Virus record (IMG/VR): IMGVR_UViG_3300025684_000011
Strand: one strand, 5' to 3'
Source: a virus
DNA: 64,000 bases
The notes below the pieces were generated by a model that saw only the letters and a program-made list of their open reading frames with translations, ran no database searches and was not told the DNA's origin. Below, piece by piece: positions 40,605 to 48,661 of the stretch. The number at the start of each line of letters is the position of its first letter. Positions within the stretch are counted from its first letter, which is position 1. The position numbers and the translations under genes are program-made.

Positions 40605-41543
40605 ATGACACAGAAAATTAGATGGGTTCTAGCACATGAGCCAATTGAATTATTTCTAAGAGCGGCAAAAGTTTTCGCATCAGAAGTTAATGCAAAAGCA
40701 GAAGGCGCACTAGATATTGAAGTTATGACAATGAGTGAGTATTCTGCAAAGTATAATAACGGTGTTGTTGTTACTAAGCACGAACTTGTTGATATGATTA
40801 ACAGAGGCGACATTGAAATGTCCCAAACATACACAGTAGACATTGGCGAATATGATCACGAATTCCGTGCATTAGATATGCCATTCCTATTTGAGTCACA
40901 CGACCACGCAACTAAGGTGTTCGAAGGCCCAATCGGTCAGTCACTACTAGACGGATTAACAGAATCAGCTGGTGTTAAAGGTTTAGCCTTTACATACTCC
41001 GGTGGATATAGAATTATTCCTGGACAAGAAGGAATTGATACTATTGAAGATATTAGAGGTCTAAAACTTCGTACTTCATTCTCACCTGTTGCTATTGAGA
41101 CTTTCAAAGCAGTTGGTGCAGACGTAGTTCCTATGGAACTTGAAGAAATGACAGACGCAATCCAAGACAAAGATATTCAAGTAGGTGAGTCTACTTACCC
41201 ACGTATCTATGCATTAGGACAAGACAGAGTTTCTAAGGTTATTAACCACACAGAACACTCATTGTTCTTAACAAGCATCCTAATCAACCAAGACTTCTTT
41301 GCAACTCTTGGTGAAGAACTACAAGGTATTGTTGTAGACGCCGCTAAAACAGCCGCTAATTACGAACGTGTAATCAGCATTGAAGACGTTGCACTTACAC
41401 AAGCTAAAGCTGAAAGCGATGGCATTGAAGTTCGTAGAATGTCAACAGAAGAAAAAGCTCGTTTCAAAGCCGCTACTGCTCATGTTTATGACATGTTCCC
41501 AGAGTTAGCTGGAACAGTTAAGAAGATCCAAGATACAAAATAA
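40605..41543 (+). CDS. DctP-family substrate-binding protein without signal peptide
   Basis: LDMPFLF...DHA, GGYR, EDIRGLKLRT, T.H; begins MTQKIRWVLAHEP after AAGGAG. Confidence 0.88.
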   Translation: MTQKIRWVLAHEPIELFLRAAKVFASEVNAKAEGALDIEVMTMSEYSAKYNNGVVVTKHELVDMINRGDIEMSQTYTVDIGEYDHEFRALDMPFLFESHDHATKVFEGPIGQSLLDGLTESAGVKGLAFTYSGGYRIIPGQEGIDTIEDIRGLKLRTSFSPVAIETFKAVGADVVPMELEEMTDAIQDKDIQVGESTYPRIYALGQDRVSKVINHTEHSLFLTSILINQDFFATLGEELQGIVVDAAKTAANYERVISIEDVALTQAKAESDGIEVRRMSTEEKARFKAATAHVYDMFPELAGTVKKIQDTK

Positions 41544-41563
41544 AATATCTTAGAACTACTATG

Positions 41564-41593
41564 GAAAAGGCGCTATTTGGCGCCTTTTCTTTT
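41564..41593 (+). terminator. rho-independent terminator
   Basis: GAAAAGGCGC-TATTTG-GCGCCTTTTC-TTTT. Confidence 0.85.
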
Positions 41594-41690
41594 GACTAAA
41601 TTTTACTAGCCCTTTTTTTATGAATAAGCAACTAATGGTATAAACTCTTTAACACGTTAACTAAATATTAGTAATGGATAGGAGAACATT

Positions 41691-42776
41691 ATGCCGGCAA
41701 GAAATCATAGAAATTGGTTAAAGAAACCATTAGTAGAATATGTTAGTAGCGAAATATATTCAAGTCAAGAAATATTTGAAGAAGAAATCGAAAGTATTTT
41801 CTCAAAGGTGTGGGTACCAGTATGTCACATCAGTGAAATGTATAATAAATTAGATTATCGAACATCTCAGATAGCAGGCATTAATATTTTAGTTTACAAT
41901 ACCGGAGATGGCGTTAAAGCATATCGTAATTATGGCAGTTGGGCACCTACTGGAACATTGCAAGCACCTATTGTAACAGTTGAACCACAACTACACAGCG
42001 AAGTAAAGCACGGAGGTATGGTATGGGTAACACTTGATCCTAATCCTACACAGAGTGTTGAAGAGTGGACAGCAGGTGCATTTGATTGCATTGCTGATGC
42101 TATTGACACAGAAGAACTAGAAATTTTTCATTATCATAAAGCAATTATTCCTACCAACTACAAACTATGGCATGATACTAACAGTGAATTCTATCATGAC
42201 TTCATGCATTACTTTAATCGTGTAACTGGTTTCAACGATGAGTATTTTGCTAGAAAGAATATTCCCTTTGATAACGGGCATGTGAACGTTAGTAGTTTTA
42301 CTGTAAATTATACAGAGTTTGATAAAGAAGGCGATAGAGGTGAACTAAGTTTTCCTAACTTACCTCCAAACCAATGGTATATGGTAGACTTGTTTCCTGG
42401 CTTTAACTTTAATTTACGTGGTAGTGCATATCGTTCAGATAGTGTTACGCCACTTGGACCAAATAGTGTACTAATAGAGTTTAGAGGATACGGTTTAAAG
42501 AAAGATACTCCAGAAGAAAGACAAACTCGTATTAAACATCATAATACTATCTGGGGACCGTTTGGCAGAAACTTACATGAAGATCTTTTAGGTGTAACCG
42601 GGCAAGGAGCATCAATGTCTCCAGGCACAGAGAAAAGAAATATTTTACATGGAAGACATGAAAATAGTACTATACATGATGAAGTTGGTATGCGTCACTA
42701 CTATGCAGAATGGGGAAAATATATGGAGTTAGATCCTAGTAATCCAATAAAAGAGGTTGACAAAAAGGCCGCATAG
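41691..42776 (+). CDS. ring-hydroxylating oxygenase alpha-like protein lacking the Rieske [2Fe-2S] motif
   Basis: IY...IFEEE...IF..VW..VCH.SE; NYKLWHDTNSEFYHDFMH; ED; no CxH...CxxH. Confidence 0.85.
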   Translation: MPARNHRNWLKKPLVEYVSSEIYSSQEIFEEEIESIFSKVWVPVCHISEMYNKLDYRTSQIAGINILVYNTGDGVKAYRNYGSWAPTGTLQAPIVTVEPQLHSEVKHGGMVWVTLDPNPTQSVEEWTAGAFDCIADAIDTEELEIFHYHKAIIPTNYKLWHDTNSEFYHDFMHYFNRVTGFNDEYFARKNIPFDNGHVNVSSFTVNYTEFDKEGDRGELSFPNLPPNQWYMVDLFPGFNFNLRGSAYRSDSVTPLGPNSVLIEFRGYGLKKDTPEERQTRIKHHNTIWGPFGRNLHEDLLGVTGQGASMSPGTEKRNILHGRHENSTIHDEVGMRHYYAEWGKYMELDPSNPIKEVDKKAA

Positions 42777-42787
42777 TGTTATAAATA
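42757..42787 (+). promoter_or_regulatory. tmRNA promoter (overlapping sigma70 and late elements)
   Basis: TTGACA-N17-TATAAATA. Confidence 0.7.
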
Positions 42788-42794
42788 TAATACA

Positions 42795-43222
42795 ATGGTG
42801 AAGCATAACAAACGTTGTACAGGACTCGGGGGCAGTACCCGACGCCTCCACCATAAACACACGAACGAGGAATGGAACTATAAACAGTTTTAAAGATAAG
42901 TGTAGAATATTTTATATCGTTAAAGGTCATCTTAACGTATCTACACAAACAATAGAAGATTGTTACGATTATTATTTTAGAAGAATGTGGAATAATAACG
43001 AGTGTTACATATACGAAGAAGGTTTTGAAGAATCGTATCGTGTTTTTATGATGGGGGCGAAATAGGATCGACTGGCAAGTAGTAGGAATGTGGAGTTGTC
43101 CGGATGTAAGCTCGGTTAACGCGAACAAAACGATAATTGCAAACGATAATTTTGCATCTGAGGATTTTGCCCTAGCGGCTTAGTTACTCTGGGCGGGTAC
43201 TGCCTGGAAACAGAAGTGCCAC
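42795..43222 (+). ncRNA. ssrA: two-piece (circularly permuted) tmRNA, alphaproteobacterial type
   Basis: Acceptor piece ends TCGGG-GGCAGTA-CCCGA-CGCCTCC-ACCA (42853); coding piece starts GGGGGCGAAATAGGATCGAC (43053), giving G3.U70; tag ANDNFASEDFALAA* at 43139-43183; outer ends approximate. Confidence 0.93.
42880..43065 (+). CDS. putative 61-aa protein in the tmRNA intervening segment (ATA start)
   Basis: Stop-free frame 42802-43065; GAGGA 8 nt before ATA; non-canonical start. Confidence 0.45.
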   Translation: MNSFKDKCRIFYIVKGHLNVSTQTIEDCYDYYFRRMWNNNECYIYEEGFEESYRVFMMGAK

Positions 43223-43237
43223 TTAAAGTGAATAACA

Positions 43238-43963
43238 ATGATTGAAAATTTCCATACAAGTGACTTTTTAAGGATTCGGTATATGTCTTCTCCGCAAGAA
43301 CGATCCTCAAATAGAGTACTAATATGGTTTTCTGGAATAGCTGGAGCACTTGGCTCAAAAGCAAGACCAAGTGGATTTTTTGAAAGTTTAAACATTGATT
43401 CAATTATTTGGGTAGATGAGAAAGCACCTTTCTCTTGGGGCAATAGTATAGATATTGAAGAACTTTGTAAAACACTTCTGCCTCTAACAAAAAATAAAGA
43501 ATTACTATTTTTTGGAAATTCAATGGGAGGTTTTCTAGCAATATTACTTTCTAAGTATCTTAAACCTATAAAGGTTATTACAATGAATCCTCAATATAGT
43601 GTTCATCCTGATATAATATTAGAAAAGAGATGGCGTGATTTTATCAATGTAATTACACAGTTTAAACACAAAGATCTGACTAACAGTTTTATTCCTGATA
43701 CTGATTATGCAATAATGTTTGGCGTTGATGATCAGGACGAAATGCATTTTAAGTTATTCAATACCCACCGTAATCTTCCAAATGTACAGATTATTAAATT
43801 TTTAGATTACAAAACTAACTTAGATAATGCCGCACATCAGGCAGGGGTATATCTTAATAGACTTGGCATCTTCCGTGATGTTATTGCAAACTTTTATAAT
43901 AGTAAATCACTGAAAGAAATTTTTATAAAAAACTCCGTTAGATATACAGGGCTGAAACATTAA
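43238..43963 (+). CDS. alpha/beta-hydrolase-fold protein
   Basis: Nucleophile elbow GNSMGG; later D and H. Confidence 0.75.
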   Translation: MIENFHTSDFLRIRYMSSPQERSSNRVLIWFSGIAGALGSKARPSGFFESLNIDSIIWVDEKAPFSWGNSIDIEELCKTLLPLTKNKELLFFGNSMGGFLAILLSKYLKPIKVITMNPQYSVHPDIILEKRWRDFINVITQFKHKDLTNSFIPDTDYAIMFGVDDQDEMHFKLFNTHRNLPNVQIIKFLDYKTNLDNAAHQAGVYLNRLGIFRDVIANFYNSKSLKEIFIKNSVRYTGLKH

Positions 43964-44073
43964 TACTAAAGGAATGCCTGTTAGGGTGGCATTTAGGGTA
44001 AACTTGAATGATGATAATGAATAATTAGAAAGTAACATTAGTTACATACACACACAGAAAAGGAGACATAACA

Positions 44074-44355
44074 ATGTCTGATACAATCAAAAACTATAAT
44101 GATGCTATGAGTGCATCATTCCCTAAGGTAACATTCAATAAGAATGGATACGAAATCCGCACACAAGTTCTTGAAATGGCAAAAGAACAAGAATGGAATG
44201 ACTTTCATGCTAAACTTCAAGCATGGGAGCAAACAGTGGTGCGTGATCCAGACACATCAGAGGTAATATCAACAACTTTATTACCTTCGGTTCCAGGCGT
44301 ATCCGCAATTCTTGAGACCGCCGAAGAGTTTTATAACTTTATTAATAAGAAATAA
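44074..44355 (+). CDS. hypothetical phage protein
   Basis: AAGGAG RBS; NKNGYEIRT.VL.MAK. Confidence 0.75.
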   Translation: MSDTIKNYNDAMSASFPKVTFNKNGYEIRTQVLEMAKEQEWNDFHAKLQAWEQTVVRDPDTSEVISTTLLPSVPGVSAILETAEEFYNFINKK

Positions 44356-44519
44356 AACTTTTAAAACAACTCTGCCATCTTTAGTAGATTAGCAGTAGAA
44401 ACTGACGGTAGCTAGAAATCCGATTACAAAAAAAGTAGCACTATAAAAGGGGTGGTTACCAAATAAACCCGAGGAGCCCAACGGTTAGGCTCCACTTTTC
44501 TTAACAGCTATATATTAAC

Positions 44520-45158
44520 ATGCTATCAACATATGCAAATAAACAAAATACTCATCTTGTAATAGATACAACAACTAATGGAATATTAATTGCAGTACAT
44601 AGCAACGTTGTTGCGAATGCAATATGTTTTAAAATATTGAATACAGAATCAATGTCTATTAGGCTAGTAGATTTCAATGAGCAAATAAATTCATTGCTTA
44701 ACCCACAGTTTAATGAGTCTAGTAATTTTATATTAACTAAAGTTGGACATAACTTAACACCTCAATCAACAGCAAATGTTGGACAACTTGTAAAAAGTAC
44801 AGATGGCCATGGTCGTTTTGGTGTAGCTAAAATGTCTGAAGTAACAGATGAGTGGATAGCATTAAGAAAGAAAGCACATAATATCAAAGAAGTTATAGCA
44901 AGTAGCGATCTTCGAGTTCTTAGATCAGCAACACCGAGCAAACAGTTCTTTGGAGACACTATTACCTTTCCTTTTATTAAAAAAGAACTTGATAAATGTA
45001 ATCCACAGGAAGATCAATACACAGATGCTATTCGAGAATGGGCAAGTATAGTAAATGTTCCTGTAAAAAAAGGATTTGAAATGCTATCAGCAGAAAGCAA
45101 TAATATTACTCATTTGGTTAATAATTCAAGAATATTTTGGAGTAAAAAATGTCTTTAA
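44520..45158 (+). CDS. PP-loop partner family protein, copy 1
   Basis: Shares KC.P..D.Y...I.EWA motif with 46179 and 54014. Confidence 0.7.
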   Translation: MLSTYANKQNTHLVIDTTTNGILIAVHSNVVANAICFKILNTESMSIRLVDFNEQINSLLNPQFNESSNFILTKVGHNLTPQSTANVGQLVKSTDGHGRFGVAKMSEVTDEWIALRKKAHNIKEVIASSDLRVLRSATPSKQFFGDTITFPFIKKELDKCNPQEDQYTDAIREWASIVNVPVKKGFEMLSAESNNITHLVNNSRIFWSKKCL

Positions 45159-46186
45159 ATTATGCTTTTAGTACTAAATTAAAACATGGCAGTGAATATG
45201 CTAAGAAAGACATTGCTGTTTTTCGTTCTCTCTATCGTATTGATCCAGATCCATTTTTAGTTGATAGAACTGGCTCTGTAGTCTTTCCTTTCTCAGAAAA
45301 CAATTATTTTCCAATGATACAACCGTTATCTAATGTTATGAGTTGGGAAGAATGTACAAAAGAGAGAGTTGAAGAACTAATATCCTTTGACAAAGAACTT
45401 TATGTTATGTGGAGCGGAGGAATAGATAGTACATTAATGCTTTTATCTTTTATGAAATATAGTAATATGAATAATGTTACAATAGTTTTAAACATGGACT
45501 CAATTAAAGAATATCCTTATTTTTATAAAAGGTTTATAGCTCAATGTAATTATAAATTACTGTCAACTGAACAATTAATGAATAATGCATTGCTAAATGA
45601 CATCAATGGATTAATAGTATCAGCCGAACATGCTGATCAGTTAGTTGGATCTCCTTTGGCTCAGTTACTTGCAACAACATCAGGTAGAACAATGCTTGGT
45701 CTTCCATTTGATGAAGACAATTTCAGCAAATTTTTAACAAACTTAAATGTTCCAGTACATCATATTGATACAATAATGGAACTCTATAACATTAGTATTA
45801 AAAACAGTCCTCGTCCAATTAAGAATATGTGGGATCTCTGTTGGTGGCATGGATTTAACTTTAAATGGCAAACCATCTACATGAAACTGGCTATTAGAAT
45901 AAAAAATCCTTTGAATCTTTTAACTTTCTACTCTTCGGTAAACTTTCAAAATACCAGTATACACCAAGAAGGTAATACACTTGATCTAAAGAAAGTTTTT
46001 AAAGATATAATCGTTAATTATACCGAAGATACTGAATACCTAAGAAAAGAAAAATTTGCATCTTCAACATTATATTATGGACTAACCTCTTCGACAGGAT
46101 TAGACAAAAATTGGAATAAAATTAATGTTGATATGATTGAATACTATAATAAAGATAACACTATAAAGGAAATAATGAATGCTTGA
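45149..46186 (+). CDS. asparagine-synthetase-like PP-loop ATPase, no glutaminase domain
   Basis: DRTG, MWSGGIDST, SAEHADQLVG, WW..FNFKWQ. Confidence 0.8.
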   Translation: MSLNYAFSTKLKHGSEYAKKDIAVFRSLYRIDPDPFLVDRTGSVVFPFSENNYFPMIQPLSNVMSWEECTKERVEELISFDKELYVMWSGGIDSTLMLLSFMKYSNMNNVTIVLNMDSIKEYPYFYKRFIAQCNYKLLSTEQLMNNALLNDINGLIVSAEHADQLVGSPLAQLLATTSGRTMLGLPFDEDNFSKFLTNLNVPVHHIDTIMELYNISIKNSPRPIKNMWDLCWWHGFNFKWQTIYMKLAIRIKNPLNLLTFYSSVNFQNTSIHQEGNTLDLKKVFKDIIVNYTEDTEYLRKEKFASSTLYYGLTSSTGLDKNWNKINVDMIEYYNKDNTIKEIMNA

Positions 46187-46898
46187 TACTTTTAGCAATA
46201 GAAAAAATGTTACAATGATGCTTATAGACCAAGAAGATCTCAGTATATTAACTGTTACATCAAGTGTCTCGGTACTTAATGCATTGTCAGAAGGTTTTGA
46301 TAACTCTGTACCTGTACTTGGAAGAATAACAAATCCTGATGCGTTAAAAGCACTAAGAACTTATAATCAATCAGCTTCTCAAGCTCTGTTAGTAAATGTC
46401 GGACTTGATGATCTAACTCAAGAAATTGAAACCAAAGCAAATTGGGACACGATTGGACTAACACCAATCAGCTTTGGCTTAAAGCCAATGAACGAAAAAG
46501 CAGAAGGGTTTGTATTAAAAAGAAAGATTGCAAATAGAAGAAACAACGTACTGTCTCAGATTGAATCTAAATTAGAACGTTATGCCAGTCGAGTTATTAA
46601 TTCTTCTCTTGATGATATTTTTATTCCCTATATGTCGGACGAACTTAGTAAATGTAAACCAGATGAAGACCAATATACCAATCCTGTAATTGAATGGGCA
46701 ATAGCATCAGGTTTAGATGTAAAACAAGCATATCATGAGTTAAGCATGGTAACAAGTTCTGCTAATTTAATTACTATGCGTCTTCATGCTCATTGGAGGT
46801 TCTTTGTAAACCAAGTTAATAAGCTCGACTTTCAAGTTGACGGAATACTAGAAAAAGTTATTGCTGATGCTGAACTAAAACTTAGATCTGGGCTATAA
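46179..46898 (+). CDS. PP-loop partner family protein, copy 2
   Basis: ELSKCKPDEDQYTNPVIEWAIASGLDVKQAYHEL. Confidence 0.7.
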   Translation: MLDTFSNRKNVTMMLIDQEDLSILTVTSSVSVLNALSEGFDNSVPVLGRITNPDALKALRTYNQSASQALLVNVGLDDLTQEIETKANWDTIGLTPISFGLKPMNEKAEGFVLKRKIANRRNNVLSQIESKLERYASRVINSSLDDIFIPYMSDELSKCKPDEDQYTNPVIEWAIASGLDVKQAYHELSMVTSSANLITMRLHAHWRFFVNQVNKLDFQVDGILEKVIADAELKLRSGL

Positions 46899-46923
46899 AC
46901 GGATAAAAATCACAAAAAAAAGG

Positions 46924-46952
46924 TTGACTATTGGATAGAGTTATGTTATATT
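46924..46952 (+). promoter_or_regulatory. sigma70-type promoter
   Basis: TTGACT-N17-TATATT, extended TG. Confidence 0.75.
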
Positions 46953-47001
46953 AATAACATAGTTAGAAAGACTCTAACTACTTTTGATAAAAGGAAATTA
47001 A

Positions 47002-47298
47002 ATGTCAAAAACTACAACGTCAATCAGATCATTCGATCTAGAAACGAAGCAAGGCAAGCTCTTTCACGCACTAGTGCTAGAGAAGCAAGCTCTTACTAAA
47101 TCAGCAATTAAGAAGCGATTTGGTATTGCAAATCCTACCGCGACTGTATCGAACATTCGCCAACGTGGTTATGCTATCTATGCAAACCAACGTAAAGCCG
47201 GTAATGGCGTACATGTAACTGAGTATTCACACGGTGCTCCGTCACGTCGTATGGTTGCTTTGGCCTATAAGGCTCAGGGAATGGGTATTACTGTTTAA
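47002..47298 (+). CDS. small basic winged-HTH-like DNA-binding protein
   Basis: LT...I.KRFGIANPTATVS.IR..GY; own promoter and terminator. Confidence 0.7.
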   Translation: MSKTTTSIRSFDLETKQGKLFHALVLEKQALTKSAIKKRFGIANPTATVSNIRQRGYAIYANQRKAGNGVHVTEYSHGAPSRRMVALAYKAQGMGITV

Positions 47299-47321
47299 TC
47301 AGTAGTTTCTAAAACTGACTA

Positions 47322-47349
47322 AAAATAGGGGGAGAAATCCCCCTATTTT
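47322..47349 (+). terminator. rho-independent terminator
   Basis: AAAATAGGGGGA-GAAA-TCCCCCTATTTT. Confidence 0.88.
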
Positions 47350-47397
47350 CTTGACATAAATATCAGGCATTGAATGCAAGAAAGAGAGAGTATACAC

Positions 47398-48258
47398 ATG
47401 TCAAAACGTATCCTAATTATGGGATTACCAGGATCTGGAAAAACAACTTTAGCTGAGAAGTTAAAAACTTATATAGAGGCAGAAGCCGGTATAAGTTCAG
47501 CACCATTAGATAAACAAATTAGAGTAATTGAATCTCCTAAACTAGACGAATATAAATGTACAGTAGATTGGTTCAACGCAGACGAAATCCGTAAGAAGTT
47601 TGACGACTGGGATTTTAGTCATACTGGACGCATTAGACAAAGTATTCGTATGTTTGATTTGTCTCAAGAATCAAATGCTGATTTTGTTATTTGCGACTTT
47701 GTTGCACCGTTAGTAGAAATGAGAAATAATTTTAAAGCAGATTGGACAATTTGGATTGATACAATTAAAGAAGGTAGATATGAAGATACCAATAAAGCAT
47801 TTATTGAACCTGAGGTATATGACTTCCGTGTACCAGAACAAGATTGTGAAAAATGGGCTAGATATATTTGCGACAGAATTGTAAAAGATGAAAGAAGACC
47901 TATGTTTGACTGGAGGAAAGAAACAGTACAGATGCTAGGCCGTTGGCAACCATGGCATGATGGACATCGTGCATTATTTGAAAGACTAATTCAACGCACA
48001 GGACAGGTTGTAATACAAATTAGAGATGTACAAGGATGGGAAGGTTCTAATCCTTTTGAAATTGATCAAGTTAAACGTTTTATTAAAGCAGACTTAGATC
48101 CATTGTACCAAGGACAATATGAAATTCAGATTGTTCCTAATATTGTACATATTGGCTGGGGTAGAGGTGTAGGTTATACGTCAGGAGAAGAAACCTTTGA
48201 CGAATCAGTAACAGAAATTTCTGCAACTAATATTAGAAAAGGAATGGGACTAAAGTAG
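47398..48258 (+). CDS. APS-kinase-like P-loop kinase fused to HxGH nucleotidyltransferase
   Basis: GLPGSGKTT, NADEIR, DFS..GR; GRWQPWHDGH; ISATNIR. Confidence 0.8.
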   Translation: MSKRILIMGLPGSGKTTLAEKLKTYIEAEAGISSAPLDKQIRVIESPKLDEYKCTVDWFNADEIRKKFDDWDFSHTGRIRQSIRMFDLSQESNADFVICDFVAPLVEMRNNFKADWTIWIDTIKEGRYEDTNKAFIEPEVYDFRVPEQDCEKWARYICDRIVKDERRPMFDWRKETVQMLGRWQPWHDGHRALFERLIQRTGQVVIQIRDVQGWEGSNPFEIDQVKRFIKADLDPLYQGQYEIQIVPNIVHIGWGRGVGYTSGEETFDESVTEISATNIRKGMGLK

Positions 48259-48259
48259 A

Positions 48260-48541
48260 CTAACGTCTTTTCTTTTTATTAGAAACTAAGGCGTGTTGTT
48301 CTAGTGCCTCACGTCTTAGTTTTTCTATATCATCTTCTTTTGAAAATTTAGGCTTTTCTCTCATGCTTAATTGAGCATGAAATTTCTTTTTAACTGGTTC
48401 AGGGTCCTCTACGTTTCTTATAAGCATGGTTATGGCTTTGTAGCCGTCGCCCATAAAGATTAATTTATTATCTTTGTATAATAATGTTTTAGAAGAGGTT
48501 TCTTGGTTTATCATAAAATTTTCATGTACGAATATTGTCAT
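48260..48541 (-). CDS. hypothetical protein
   Basis: Start probably 48541 or 48514. Confidence 0.55.
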   Translation of the reverse strand: MTIFVHENFMINQETSSKTLLYKDNKLIFMGDGYKAITMLIRNVEDPEPVKKKFHAQLSMREKPKFSKEDDIEKLRREALEQHALVSNKKKRR

Positions 48542-48653
48542 CTTTACACTCGCATTTTTGGCATACATCATTAGGACAAGTTTGACATTCTGGTGAATAG
48601 CAATGACACCTGCATTTACATTTACTACAATATCTTTCTGGACTACCTGTCAT
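48522..48653 (-). CDS. 43-aa Cys-rich metallothionein-like peptide (absent from ORF track)
   Basis: AGGAGAG RBS; MTGSPERYCSKCKCRCHCYSPECQTCPNDVCQKCECKDDNIRT. Confidence 0.75.
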   Translation of the reverse strand: MTGSPERYCSKCKCRCHCYSPECQTCPNDVCQKCECKDDNIRT

Positions 48654-48661
48654 CTACTCTC

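Noticed and set aside
1459-41170. Numerous 60-160-aa ORFs nested antisense or out of frame within long genes
   Set aside because: Shadow ORFs arising from codon bias; no independent signals.
37063-42776. Bacterial chromosome segment or prophage boundary
   Set aside because: Same AT-rich composition and phage late-promoter motifs as the flanks; no integrase or att site seen. Misassembly cannot be fully excluded without reads.
42736-43128. 130-aa minus-strand ORF, and the 43116-43443 minus-strand ORFs
   Set aside because: Antisense shadows of the tmRNA and hydrolase gene; no RBS or recognisable motifs.
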